Assembly (NCBI RefSeq): GCF_009834535.1
Contig: NC_045696.1
Span: 115,694,001-115,758,000, forward strand
Direction: 5' to 3'
DNA length: 64,000 nt
Source: Camelus ferus
Taxonomy: Eukaryota
The position numbers and the translations under genes are program-made. A model generated the notes under the pieces. It searched no databases, was not told where the DNA came from, and saw only the letters and a program-made list of their open reading frames with translations. Below, one piece after another: positions 38,711 through 52,433 of this stretch. Position 1 is the first letter of the stretch. Every line of letters starts with the position of its first letter.

Positions 38711-39999
38711 GGAATTATTTGCTTCTATATCTTCTAAATAACAGTGCCACCACTTTGCACAACTCCAAGAAGCACTATTTTTTTTTTTCACTGTAGCCTA
38801 TATACTCTAGGGGATTCAATATGACGTTGACCCCTTGGACTTAGCCACTCCATGTAGGTATTTTGATGACCTTGGCTCTGCTCACAATTGCTAAGGTCAT
38901 CAGAGGGGAAGAACATGTGGTAAAATTATTAAAGTGATCAGTTGCAAGGAAATGTGCATTTCACGCTAGAGGACAGTGATTAGATTCATGGTTTAATGTA
39001 GCTGGAAATCTAATTTTCTAATTTTTTGGATCCTGAAGTTGAGTAATCTTGGCCAAAAAAAAAAAATTTTAACACTGCAAAATTCAATAAAATCCTGCTG
39101 TTAAAGGGTCAGATTGCTTCTGAAATCTAACAAAAGCATACCACTAGCTTTGTTTAAAACCTTAATAAATTATGGCACTATTGTCTCCATCTTCTAGAAG
39201 CTAATTATTTTCTTGCTCACCAGTCCACCTGGTCTAGTAGAACTGAGCTCATATTCAGAAGAGACGACTTAATCATTTTAGGTTATTGCCAAATAAGTCA
39301 ACTTTTGCTTTTAAGTTCTTGGAGGCTCCATGATTTACAGAGGACTTTAAATGACTGTCATTTATAGCTGAGTGACTGGTGTTGTCTATGAGAAACACCT
39401 GGCAGAGGTAGCTGACGTTTCGGATGGAATGGCTGCTTCTAAAACAGGTGTTTAGCAGAACAGGGCAATAAGCGGTATTGCAATTAAGGGAGACAAGAGT
39501 GTATTTAAAACCCAGTGCATGTCTAGTGCCAATTAAAATACAGTGATCTAACCAAAAGCCCATAACAAATTGACCTCACAATGTTCAAATAAATAGATTT
39601 GACAGAATCTGGCCATGAAATGGATGTCTATTTCAGCCAAGGAGCTCGCTCCCAACCACTTCAGGGCTGGTAGGTGTTGAAAGAAATGTTATTAAGGAGC
39701 AGAACTCCAGATGGTCCAGGGGACAAGGTTTGTTCTGTTATAATAAAAACAATGGAAGGTTGACAGGCTCTATGAATGACAGATAAAAATAACAAGCAAT
39801 AAATGAGATCTAAGACTGATGCCTTATGAGAAGAGGCTGAAAAGCTCTGAGCAGATATGGCATACAAAAAGGAAAGAATTTTCCTGGAGAAAGAGAAATA
39901 AAAATATCCTCAGTGAAGGCCCAGGGAGAAAAACAGGAGCTAGGATGTTTCCTATGTAGGTCATTTATGCACTACTCTGTCCCCGAGATCAGCCTATAC

Positions 40000-42900
40000 A
40001 CTTATTATTATTTTGACCTTCAATTATGGAACCCTTCAGGCATATACCAACCTAGACAGAATGAAAAAATGAACCCTAACTGGACCACCAACCAGGTGTT
40101 ACCAATTCATGGCCAATTCACTCGTTTCATTCTAGTTCCCACCCACTTTCCATATCCCCTTCTTCAAAAATGAAATATCAAACATTACATAGTTTCATTT
40201 GCAAAAATTGTTCTGTCTTTAAATTAGGAGACCTCTTTAATATAGTGCCACATTATCATCATAATATCTAAAAATGTAACCGTAGTTTCTTAGTATCGTC
40301 AGATATGCAGTTGCATCATAAATGTCAAAGATCTTTTCTTATATGTTTAAATTTTAGTTGCATCATAAATGTCAAAGATCTTTTCTTATATGTTTAAATT
40401 TTGTACTTGAACCAAAATCTAAATAATGTCCACATGGCTCAATTGTTTAATGCTATTAAGTCTCTTTTTCTCTCTGGGTGTTCCTCTGTGTCTCTGTCTC
40501 TGTCTCTGTCTCTCTCCTTCTTTTCTTGGAATTTATTTGTTTAAGAAATATGGTCCTGTAGAAATGCCATGCATCCTCATAGTGTTTAACCTGGTCTTCT
40601 GTGCTCTCCATGCCCTTATAACTTAAGAGCTAAATTTAGAATTGATAAAATTTAAGATTATTTTGGCTTTGGTTTGGTTTTAGCATTGTTACCGCAGAGA
40701 TAATGTTGAGTTCTTTCATCAGGGCCATACATACCTGGTTGCCTGCCTCTCATTTTGTGATATTAGCAGCTGTCAATCCTCAGGACCTAGGTCCTTTAAA
40801 TCATTAAAGATGGCAAAATGGCATATAAATGCCGTATACATTGGCATATACAAATGCAATGGCATTTATGCTGCAAAATTACAATATTCTATTTCTCTTA
40901 TTTCTTTTTCATTTATTCATTTCATGTATTATCATCTACCATTTCAATTACTGGAATAATTCTTTAAAGAGACACTTAACTCTTTAACTATTTGTTTACA
41001 CTATGGTTCAGTTCATCTTCAAAAGGAAGGATATATGCATGATTCTTTTCCTTTGTTTAACAGTCTCAAAAATAATGAGTTGATTAATGATCATCTCCAC
41101 TGGTGATCAACCTGTTTTGAATGTTTCAAATCATAGATGTAATGTACTTGAAGTTCTGAGTCTCTTGTAGTTATTACTTCTATTGGTTTACAAATTGCCT
41201 CAATTTTGGCCATATGAATCTCGTCAAATTTGTCTCTTGATGTCATCTGACCCAGCTCTAGTGGTCACTGATAAATTCCTTGCTATCAGATTTGTAAAGC
41301 TGGTCCACACTTATACACTTATTGCCTCAGATCTGAAATGAGCAGTTTCTCCCAGTGATGTGACCACAGTTTGGAAATTCAGTGAACTCATTGCTTCCGA
41401 GTTATTTGTTGTTTTTAGTCCTCTTCACTGGATAGATCCAGAAATATTTTTGTGATATAATGAGTAATGAAATAATATGGATACTTTACAAGATTTTTAC
41501 ATAACTTCATCTATCATATATTTTCATCTACTCTCTTCAATGTTGAAAAATTCCAGTTGTCCAGGACACTGGGGATGCAAGAATTAAAATACCACATAAT
41601 TACTCATTAATCTGCCCCCACATTACACACTGTGAAACAAAATTATAATACTGAAAACTACCACTAGTACTACGATTACTAAACTGTGTGAATTTTTATT
41701 TTGCTATTTTTGTAATTCAATGTAATACATTAGTGAGTATTATCAAATTAATGCATTCCAAATGACTTAGACTAATCCTTTCTATGCCTCCTAGTACACG
41801 TCTTGGTTTAGTTCACTTAATGAATCATTTTAAGTTTTAGAAAAAATCTTTTTCAATTTGTACATAAAATATTTACATAGTTCCATGTTAAATCTATGAA
41901 ATAAGTCACATTTAAAGATGTATAAACTCTATCCCTGTTCTCTCTACTTTATTCCATCCTGCTCTTACAAGTTTGTTCATTCATTCATTATTTTTGGTTT
42001 ATCCTTTCATACTTTTTTTTTTTACAAATATTGCCCTTTAGATAGAAGACAGCATATCATATTTTAATATATAGTTTGCTTTAGAGAGTTTTGCATTTTT
42101 GTTCCTATATTTAATTTAATGTTAATATCATTTTCTGGTATCCTTTTAAGAATTATTTTAATTAGTACTTTACTAAGAAGAAAACTGAAGATATCTAGTT
42201 AACTTTTCCCCCTGCCTCCTGTCTCTCCCATATCATACAATTTTAAGTAATATCATTTTACTTCCATGTAATGTCTGTTATTATATATTTTGACAAGGTC
42301 TTCCCATTGTCTTCTTATTTTTAAAATAATTTAACTACATGTTTTGTCAAAGCATACACCAAGATATGTAATTTCTTTCTTATAACCATAATTTATTCTT
42401 AGTTCCAAATGCAATGTTTTTATATACTCATGACCTTTTTATCTATATCCTCCCAACTATTTTGATAATCAAAAGCTCATGTTTAGTAGGTATTTTAGAA
42501 AAGCCTCATAGGAATACAATTCTCTGGGACTTTGCATTTTGATAACTTTAATTCTGTTGATTTTGAGAATCAGTTTGCCAAGATATAACATACTTAATTC
42601 ACACATTCTTTTCTTGAGTAAGCATTGTCATCTGAAAGAAAAGGTTGCATTATGATGTTCTTTCTCTTATGAGTGATTTATTTGGCTCTTTTTTTTAATT
42701 TCAAAAGACTGTCTTTAAGATTTACTGTTGTATTTTACTAGACTAAGTCTCAGTGTTGATCAAATATTCCAGTGACTTCAGTTTCTTAAATCTTCCTAAT
42801 TAGTATTGTGTCCTTTGATTTTTCTTCTTTTGGAATTCCTGTCATACATGTGTTGGATCTTCTTTGCACATCTTTTACATTTACCATTTTCTTTCAAATC

Positions 42901-43900
42901 TTATTTGAGGGGTGTATTTTCTTTTTCACTCTTAATATCCTTCCTCTGCAACTTTTATTTATCTTAAGGAATTATCTGTTGTTTTAATTCCTGTCTATGC
43001 TTTTTCTACTTTAATATTAATTTCTGAAATATTTTAATTTTATTCTAATTCTTTTATTGATTTCTGTAATTTCATTTCTGATTTTCCCTAATTTGTGTTG
43101 TTATTTCATGTCCTCTATTATTTTTTGTTTATTTTCATCCATTATGAAATAATGAGTAATAGTTTTATCCATTGGACTTGCTATATTTTTGTCTGTAAGA
43201 CTGTTATATGGTTCCTTCCTTACCATCTTTCTCCTGATAATGCCTTTGTATGGGATTCAATTACAATCTTTTTCTATTTCTAATTTTTATGTAATTTTAA
43301 TTTTCCTGAACTTTAAAAAGGGGGGGGTTGGATCAGACAGTTTTCCAGCTTTACACTACAGAGTGCTATCTTCTCTTGCTTTTGGGAAGTGGTCAAAAAT
43401 ATGACCTCATACGTGCAGAGATTGCACTGACTTCCTACCCTCCTTCTATCTGGGCCTTTTCTTTCCTTTGTCCTGTCCTGTTCAATATAGATCCAAGACT
43501 CTGAGGCTCTCCTTAGTGTTTGACTTTGTTTGAGAAGGTATTCTTGGCCTGTTGGTTTAAGGCACATGTGGAGGGCATAAATTGCTTCTGCTCCTTCAGA
43601 TCTTACCATGCCCCTCTTCCAATTTTAACAGCCTTTTAGTTTAAGTGACTACATTCAGATTGACTCTTGATCTTTGCAGTGAGTATCTGTTGGCTGTTTA
43701 GATTCTATTATTCTTAGGTCTGCCAGAGGTCCTAGTCATTCTTTCTGTTTTATACTACACAGATATTATTTGTCTGCTGTTACTTGTTTGTCTTCATCCA
43801 TTCATATTTAAAGGTTCATTAAAATGTGTTTTCACCAAATTTTGTTCCACATGTTTCATGTAGGCTTCTTCATATTTTTCTAGAGATTTTAAGTACACCA
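40000..43900 (-). mobile_element. Ancient L1-family fossils (L1MC/ME-like 3' region, then HAL1 or L1 ORF1-like region)
   Basis: Long T-rich antisense tract with landmarks CATGGCCAAT, TCATCAGGGCCATAC and GTGTTGGATCTTCTTTGC; subfamily boundaries uncertain. Confidence 0.6.
40309..40402. repeat. Perfect 47-bp tandem duplication
   Basis: AGTTGCATCATAAATGTCAAAGATCTTTTCTTATATGTTTAAATTTT at 40309 and 40356. Confidence 0.97.
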
Positions 43901-44613
43901 CCGTCATCTATCCAGCAGACCCACTGTGTGTATTCACTTTCAAAATGAACTACAGAATTCCTAAAAATGAAATATACCTTTCAAGTATCCTAACATTGAC
44001 TTCACATTAGATTCTTTATATTCTAACCAACAAGTCATCAAAAATCATTCTGCATATATCAATGCTGAAAAGTAACCATTTTGCTTTAGAATATGGTTTT
44101 ATTTGTTAGATCTATTCCTCCAGATAAGAAGCTAAATATTATCAGTCCAACAATATAACTGAGACACAAACCATTTAGTTATTTCGTGTGAGACTGGATT
44201 TCCTAATTAGTGTGTTTTACAACAAAATTAAATATTTCCTTCTATCAATTTTATATCCCATGACAACATCTTATGGTTTTAAATACTGATGAAATGTACC
44301 TTTGCCTGATACACACAGTGAAAACAGTAAACACCCATGAGTGGTATTCACAATAGAGCCAAATCTCATTGTCTAAAGAAGTTTATCATTTACTTCATGA
44401 AGTAATTCAGGCAGAAAGTATTTTGCTTACATTTTTTAGATCATTGTGACCAACAAGAAATCATAACAATTTATGAAATCAAAATAGCAAAACTATGTTG
44501 TCTTTAGTTATTCTAAATATGGTTATGGGATAGTACAGCAACCATGCAATCAATACAAAGACCCCAGGTGATATTTTTCCTACTGACTCCTATTTTCATT
44601 TGGTTCTTCTTCT

Positions 44614-44701
44614 CCTTCTTTTTTTTTTTTTTTAACGTTTTTTATTGATTTATAATCATTTTACAATGTTGTGTCAAATTCCAGTGTAGAGCACAATTTT
44701 G
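44614..44701 (-). mobile_element. Very short young L1 3' stub
   Basis: T tail; reverse complement matches 30264-30333 at 67/70; TSD GGTTCTTCTTCT (44602-44613 / 44702-44713). Confidence 0.92.
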
Positions 44702-45455
44702 GGTTCTTCTTCTTTAATATTCATCACCTTGATCTTAGTTTCAAAATAATACTTTGGTGATGTTTAGGTCCTAGCTGATTTTTAACACTCTGTAATTTTA
44801 TTATTGCATATTGAAAAATAATGGATATTGCTCATACTAGTAGGAAGAGTGAAATTTCTTTTTGTCATGAACAGTTTGTGAATAACTACAAAGTATTATT
44901 TTGAAACTAATCCTATACACTATTGTCTGAAAAAACAAGACCAAAAATGTATACCAACAATACATATCTGAAATTCTAGATGGTAATAATATAACACTAG
45001 TCAGGGAGCAGGGGTAGGTAGCTGGAAAGACGAGAGGGAAAAGATAACTTGCTAGGGTAATTATCTATTTTTGAGGTGAAGCTATAAATATTGGTAAATT
45101 TAACATACTGATGGGTAAATATAAAACAAAATATGGATCATAATTACTTAGGGAAACTGCCAAAAGAAAAAAAAGTAGATGAAATACACTCAAACTTTCA
45201 AAAGAACTGAAAAATATTGATTTATCTAATGAGAAAGAGGAAGGGAGGAAAAAGAAAATGTGTTCATAGAAATTGTAAAACATGACAGCAGTAATGAGTT
45301 TTGATAGAATAGCATAGTGGGACTGCTGATTCTGGCCAACATAGAATAACTGGGACCAGATTCACCCTTCTGACTTACATATCTGGAAAACCAGACAAAA
45401 TGCAGGAAAAATGATTTTCAGACATCAGATAGCAAGTGCTGTAGGACCGTGTGAT

Positions 45456-45479
45456 ACACACACACACACACACACACAC
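45456..45479. repeat. (CA)n microsatellite
   Basis: Direct reading. Confidence 0.95.
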
Positions 45480-45659
45480 CCTGTTCTCACTGTTACCTTA
45501 GTATTTTGTTCCTGTTGAATTCCTTTCTTATCAGTGCCCTTTCCGATGAGATACAACATGGCGGAAGACCACAGCCACTACCGTAATCCATCACTTACTT
45601 AATGTGTAGTCCTGGGAAAGTTACTTAATTTCTTTTTGCCTTGTCTCTTCATTTATTAT

Positions 45660-45847
45660 CAGGGTTTGTTTTAGAAGGCTTCATTGCAGGAGGCCGCCCT
45701 GTGCATTGTAGGCTGTTTAACTGCATCCCTGGCCTCTCTACCCAGTAAATACCACTAGCACCCCTCTCCCAAATTGTGATAATCAAAAATATTTCCAGGT
45801 ATTTCTAAATGTCTCCTGCGGGCAATGTCTCTGATTCTTAACCACTG
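45660..45847 (+). mobile_element. MER20-like hAT MITE
   Basis: CCTGTGCATTGTAGG..GCATCCCTGGCCTCT..AAATGTCTCCTG..AACCACTG. Confidence 0.85.
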
Positions 45848-46264
45848 TATTAGATAGGTCTGATAAAAGTTCAGATCTCCTGGGATTTTTCTGACAATTA
45901 AATATTTAACATTATTAAACATGCTTTGAAGAGCACTGGCACATGAGAGGAACTGTGTAAATTACAGCATATTGGCTTTCATAAGTCCAAATCCTCCTCT
46001 CCTTCCGGAGGTATAAAACCTTCAAAGTGCTTTGCAAGAATTTTTTGTGTGTGTACCACAACATATTTTAAGATAAAATCTTCATTCTCATTAATATCCC
46101 CTTTCTTTCCAGCAATAATGTATGTACTTTTTCATCTGTATTTTCTTTTCCTTGAACATTTCAAAGCAACATATCTAACCCTCCTTTCTCTCCATCTATA
46201 TCCTGTATAATTTACTCTGCCATAACAGAGTCCTACCAGGTTTTCAGAGAAAGGCTGAAAAACC

Positions 46265-46551
46265 ATCAAAGACCAGAGGAGACTGGAAAGACATGAAAAC
46301 TAAATGCAATGTGGTATGTGAACCAAATCCTAGAAGAGAAAGAGGGCATTTACAAAAAAACCTGATGAAATTCAGTCTGGTATTTAGTTAACAGTAATGT
46401 ACCATTGTCAGTTTCTTTAGTTCTGACAAATATACCATGGCAAAATAAGATGTTAACAACGGGGAAAACTGAGTGAAAAGTATACTGGAGCTACCTGTAC
46501 TAGTTTTGCAAATTTTCTGTAAATCTAAAATAATTTTGATATCAAAATTTA
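46265..46551 (+). mobile_element. Old L1 (L1MD/ME-like) 3' end
   Basis: AACTAAATGCAATGTGGTA and TTTTGCAAATTTTCTGTAAATCTAAAA. Confidence 0.8.
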
Positions 46552-46670
46552 TTTTTTGAGGGGGAAGGTAATTAAGCTTATTTATTTACTTAGTGGAGGT
46601 AGTGGGGATTAAACCCAGGAACTCATGCATGATAAGCATGCACTCTACCAATTGAGCTATACCCTCTTCC
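46552..46670 (-). mobile_element. Vic-1-type SINE
   Basis: Reverse complement GGAAGAGGGTATAGCTCAATTGGTAGAGTGCATGC..CCTGGGTTTAATCCCC; perfect 19-bp TSD ATTTTGATATCAAAATTTA. Confidence 0.93.
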
Positions 46671-47949
46671 ATTTTGATATCAAAATTTAATTTAAAATAT
46701 CTTAAGAATTTTAATAGTTTTGGTAAGAATGAGAACTTGTTCAAATTTCAAATAAAGAATATACAACTTTCCTCTTTGTGCATCAGTTCCTTTACCTTAA
46801 TTCTCCCTCAGCTACCTCCACAGTGGTTGTTACCCTTGTTTATTCATAAGCTTCATTGAAAAAGCAACTGTGGTCCATACTTTAGGGCACACAGAAGGAG
46901 AATCTCCATATGTAAATAGTCAAGCTCTTTGTAAGACGTTCAATTTAGCTCAAACTCATCCATTCACAACTGTTTCTTTTTGTAATCTTGGGTAAGCCCT
47001 AACTGATCTTTAATTCCATTTTCTTCTGTTTGCAAGAGAAATAACAATTTCCTATTCCAACATAATTAAAATAACTGACAAGTAATTTTTTAAAATGTTC
47101 ATTGTTAAGAGTAGATCATGATTTGAATCCTTTTTTCCTCAACTCAGCTTATTGATAAGAAAGTTTTGAAAGGTGTTTTCATTGTGTTTGATTATCTTGT
47201 CTCTAAGAAAGATAAGATTAAATAAAATTATATGAGATAGGGCTTGGGAAATTTTCCATTTTATCTCTTTGCTTAGAGTAGGATAACTATAAAACTCGGT
47301 GCATCAGTATCTTCAGTACACTTCGCTACACATCGGCTTTTCATAGGTGTTTAAGCCCACCCTTAGGATCCCCAGGACCTCTGAGGGCATGCAGGAATAA
47401 AAGCAATCCCTCAATTTTTGTCTGTGGAAGAAGGATCATACCTCCAACAACCCCCAGAGAAACAGGTCAAGAATCTCCCTTTATAACTCACATTCCTTTC
47501 TTTAAAAGTGAGTGTGAACCACAATACCCCTCTGAGACCCAGGTTTCTCCCAGGATATGGCAAGCCAAAGGCAGTAAGAAAGGTGGCAAGAAGGGCAGTT
47601 GAGACTAGGTCAAGTTTTTCATCACAGGACTCCACATACCCATTGAAAGCTCAGAATAGACAGCAAGAACTTCCTTAAAAATTTTTGGAACCATTCTCAC
47701 GGTGGGTTTTTTTTTGTTTGTTTTTTGTTTTTTCCCCCAAGACTGATACTCTTGATTTCCAAAGGCTTCTGTTGCTGTCACACTCCAAGGTCAAATTCAA
47801 ATCTGCTCGATTTAGAGATCTAATCCTACCAGATCTGCACATATTTTCACATTTACCTTTTCTCTTAGGCAAACCATACATACTCCAGAGTCTCACTGGA
47901 CCTTATTCTGTACACTTTTTTGTATGTACTGATTAGTATGATATCTTAC

Positions 47950-48140
47950 ATCTCTGGACTTAACCTCTAACTTCACCAGTTCCCAGCTATATGTACTTGT
48001 ACAGCTTATTAACATCTATAAGTCTGTTTCAATGTCTACCAAGTAGGGATACACCTGCTACATAAGGTATTGATGACAATTACTTTATGGAAGTGATATT
48101 AATACCTGGGACAAAAGAGATGCTCAGTAAATGAAAGCTG
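47950..48140 (+). mobile_element. Degraded MIR
   Basis: Ends CCTGGGAC..GATGCTCAGTAAATG; core degraded. Confidence 0.55.
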
Positions 48141-49865
48141 TTTTTATTTAACGATGATGCGATGGCTATTGCTTCTCTGAATTATACATCTTTTTCTAAT
48201 AAGGCACAGTTGAGGCAAGGGGAAAGAATTTCAGGCTTGGTGAAAGTTATTAATGGCAAGTTTAAGCATAAGTACATAGGTTACACCGGACTGGATCCTT
48301 ATTTTATGTTTTGTTTTGATTTTTTTAACTGTCCTCAAGTTCAAGAGAGGAACCTGAAAGGAATAACCTGGGGAATATGGGGTTAACCCATCTACAGTTC
48401 TGTGGTCCCAACTTGGCTCTGGGTTTGTTAATTATATAAATGTTGATGATAGCTTTGGATCTCAAAATTATAAACATAGCCTCATCCATAGAAGGTGAAA
48501 GAATGTATTCACAAACAAAGAGGAATGAGGAAGCTTCCTAGAAAAAGAAGAGACTGCCTTCTGGGTTGAGGTAAAGAAGCAACTCAGTGAAATTATTGCA
48601 ATTCCGAAGGCAAAGGGGCAACCTAAAAGTCCTGAGATTGCACCTCCGAAAGCCATGTTTGCTCAGAAAGTCGAGAAGGAGCTGGGGTGGTTTCCAAAAG
48701 TTGCTTCAATCTTACCATTAAAAGAAAAGTAATGAGCAAAGGAAAATAAAACAAACAAACAAACAAGAAATACTAAGACTAATTTAGCCAAGGGAAAAGA
48801 GAGATTTCCTTAGAAGAATGATGACAATATTAACAGCTGACCAGACATAAATGAAGTGGAAAACTGAGTGCATTAGAAAAGAGCTGAAGGGGGAGTTTTC
48901 AGAAATCAATGGGGAAGAATATCTTAGTACCACATCCAGTTTATAGTAAGAGTAATCAGAGAAATGTCTCTTAAAGGTTTAGATATTAAGAGCAGTGGTT
49001 ACAGAAATTCTGGATGAATAAATGAAAGATTATTACAGAATATTAAAACACTACAGGTAGGTTTTTTTTTTTTTTCCATTATGGACACATAGCTACATTT
49101 CTTGTATCTTAGGAGAATAGCACCCAAGGAATTTAGGACTCGAAGAGAAATCCCAACAAAAAAGATGCATATTTTCCCAGACGTCAGGCAGGGCAAAGAT
49201 AGAGCTGGTCTGCGCCCAAGTCAGACGTTGACTTAACGGGAGTGTATCTCCTTCTGGATAGAGCCATCTAACTAAGGGAAGTGAAGCTGGACAAGATTTA
49301 GGTAAACAATAAATGCCTTCAGTAGACTCGGAACTCTGTATCTCACCACAGGAGGACACGGAGTATGCTTTGGTAGCAAAATCTAGAAGCGTTATGATAG
49401 AAAGATGAATATCTGGACCAAAAATCAAAGGAAAAGAACAAAAAATATTACACTAAAATCCATCAAACAGTGCTAGGTTTACATGTGATAGAAAAGAAAA
49501 TCGTCTAATTTCTAAGACATTAAACCATTAGAAGCTCAACTGAGCCTTTTTGAAAGAACAGAAGAACAGCAACGAGAAGTGAAATATTAGAGGCATATCC
49601 TACTGCTGATGGCAAAACTACATTATAAAAATGCTGTTCAAAGATTGGACATTCCGTATTTCTAGAACCACAGTTTCATTAACATTAATAGCAACTACAA
49701 TTCAGGCATCTGAAAAAAGTGATTCTCTAGTTAGAACAAATATAGGGTTCAGTGAGCAAACACTCACAGGAAACAGGTTTCCCCTACCTTAGCGATTCCA
49801 GAGCAAGAAGTGATGGAAGCTGTCAGCGGGTCCTGAAGTCAATACACCTGCTCAGCAGAGTTCAG

Positions 49866-50027
49866 CAGGTGTTCTCCACCTTGGCTGTATGTCAGAGTTA
49901 CCTGGGGAGCTATTAAAACTCCTACTGCCTAAATTGGGCTGCAGACCCTTTGTAGGGGAGATATGACCATCAGTCATTTAAAGCTCCCCCGACTATTAAA
50001 CACACTGCCAAATTTGAGAACCACTGT
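49866..50027. mobile_element. MER5-like hAT MITE
   Basis: TTCTCCACCTTGGCTG..TACCTGGGGAGCT..TTTGAGAACCACTG. Confidence 0.8.
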
Positions 50028-50138
50028 GGCAGAGGCCGGGCCATTAGTGATGAGATTAAGCTTAGTGTTAGAGGGGGAACTTAACCTTTCTGGACTCACT
50101 AGGACATGGTTTGAAGATCTGACATGATGATCATCTTG

Positions 50139-50353
50139 CAGAGGTTTTCCCAAACTTGGCACTAGTCTATGGACAGTCTGGGTCAGATAATTCTTTTTGG
50201 GTGGGAGATTATTTTATGCCCTCTGTCTACTGTAGAATGTACCCCTGGTTCTGGTAGCCCTGGTTAGCAGTATCCTTGCCTCTGTCTACCCAAGGCCAGG
50301 AGCAACCCTTTCCCACACTGTGACAGGCAAAAATGTCTCCAGTCTTTGCCAAG
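50139..50353 (+). mobile_element. MER20-like hAT MITE
   Basis: TTGGCACTA..GGGTCAGATAATTCTTT..TGTGACAGGCAAAAATGTCTCCAG. Confidence 0.82.
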
Positions 50354-50648
50354 AGCAGTCCCAGTTCCTTTCTAAGAAAACTGTATTTTATTGTCTTTAC
50401 ACATGATTAGACAAAAGGTGTATGATACTTGTCTTTCTTAGTCAAAATGGAAAGAAAATAGTTTTATCTCATCTAGAAGAGTGGTTTTCATTTTAATGAG
50501 TATGTAATTTTTGTAAGGAAATACGTTTCAAATTTTCATCAAAGACAGCTCAGCTTTTAAGCAGTCATTTAAAATGTTTTTTTCTCACACCAGGCTACAG
50601 TATAGAGTTGGAAAACATTGCAGTGTTTCCACCCAAACAAATACCCAG

Positions 50649-50659
50649 ATGATAATGAA

Positions 50660-50696
<37 letters not shown>

Positions 50697-50732
50697 GTGA
50701 TGTGATGGTGATGTGATGGTGATGATGGTGAT
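50649..50732. repeat. (GAT)n / (GATGGT)n simple repeat
   Basis: Direct reading. Confidence 0.95.
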
Positions 50733-51819
50733 TACTGACAGCCCCACAGCAAGTCTGGCTGGCACAGGAGGCAGGCTGAGATCATGCAGCATATGTGTGG
50801 AAGCCTGTAGTCACAAGGACAGTCTCAATGACAGCAATGAGGACAAGACTGTTGGCCAAAGGCATCTCAAATGTCCATCTTGTCCCTGGCATCGAATTTG
50901 GTTTTTAAATGCCAGACCTCATGGAGGACGCATTCCTTTAGTTTGGAATCCATCTGCCACCCTTCATCATCTCCAATTTTTTTATTATAAGAACAGATTC
51001 ACATGGTAGCATTATCTGTTTGCATGCCAACATCGAGCTAAGCAATCTGGTGTGAAAACAAGGTCACCCCAGACTATTGCAAGAGTGTGGGTTCATTGAT
51101 GGCAAACAATTTTTAAAAAGCAGAGATTCTATGACCAAATATGGAGAGACTCTAGTTAAAGACTACAACTATTTCAGGAGGAATACTTTTTTTTTTTTTT
51201 TTTTTTTGCTGCTTTCTGAAAACAAAATTCATAAAAAAGAGAGCAAGTAGTCTTGTTTGGCAACTTCCACTTGGGTCCTAGGATATTACAGGGTATTTTG
51301 TTCACGTTATCTTTAATTTTTCTCCTAATTTAGTTTTTTGTTTCCTTTGACTCCTATAAGTGTACTCGGGGCTTCTTATCTGTTGAATCAATCAAGCTGT
51401 AGCTTCAGGAAAAAGAAGACTCTTAATATCCAATCACTACAAACGGAATGGTTGATTCTTGTCACTAAATGTTACAGATGTTTAAACCTACAAGAGGTAC
51501 TTCAAGAGGCATCTTAACCATGCAGTTGGTTCAGTTGGGATAAAAAGACTTTTAAACTCTCAGGTCTAAAGCAACAATGAGGAATGAATGTGCTTTCATG
51601 TGATTTCTTGTAATTGGAGAGGAGGGAGGAATGTTTTTATAGTGATTTCCAATACATACAGATGCTAGTTGAACATCATAGCAAGTAAAATTGAGAATTG
51701 TCACAGAAAGTGACAATGTTCCGCTGTAGATGATTACATCGATGGTTCTCTCACTTCGTACTACAGAATTCCAGAGTTTGGGAGTCTGGGATACTAGGGA
51801 AATTCTACAGACTCCCATG

Positions 51820-52420
51820 ACCTCAGCTGTCCAACACCAGCATTTATTCTACCTTCTCTTCTGTTTTTATAGATAAATTCTCCAGACTCCCATGTAAAGA
51901 CAATCCTTCCAATTATGAGCTAGGTCCTATCTCATCTTGCCTATTCAAAGACATCATGCAAACAATTCTCTGTTCTTTGTCCTACATTGTCAATTTCCCC
52001 TCATCTGCTGAGTGACTCCCATCAGCATATAAACCTGCTGTGATTTATCTCATATTAAAATAAATACTTTTACAATCTTTTTTTGACCTCATTCCTTGGT
52101 TAGATACTAGTCCATCTCTGTAGGCTCTTTTACAGCAAAAATCCATGAAAGGATTATTTATAATCATGGTCTTCAATTTCTCTCATCTAGTTCTCCCCTA
52201 AATCTTCACTAATCAGGAATTTATCTCCAACACTATATTGAAACTGCTCCTTTCAGAGCCACTAATGACCTCCAATGTTCAATTCAGTTCTCATCTTACG
52301 TGACCTGTCAGCAGCATTTGACACAGAACAGAAGATCACATTTTCCTTGACACATGCTCTTCATTGGACTTCCAGCAAAACACTGTTTTCTTCCAATGTC
52401 ATTGGTCACTCAGCCTTATT
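51820..52420 (+). mobile_element. L2 fragment
   Basis: TGAAACTGCTC..CACTAATGACCTCC..TGACCTGTCAGCAGCATTTGACACAG. Confidence 0.8.
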
Positions 52421-52433
52421 TTCCAAAGTAGAT

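Noticed and set aside
38742..38860. Possible MER91-like MITE
   Set aside because: Only a short TGCACAACTCCA match, too degraded to call.
50595..50792. Poly-His ORF
   Set aside because: It is the translation of the (GAT)n microsatellite.
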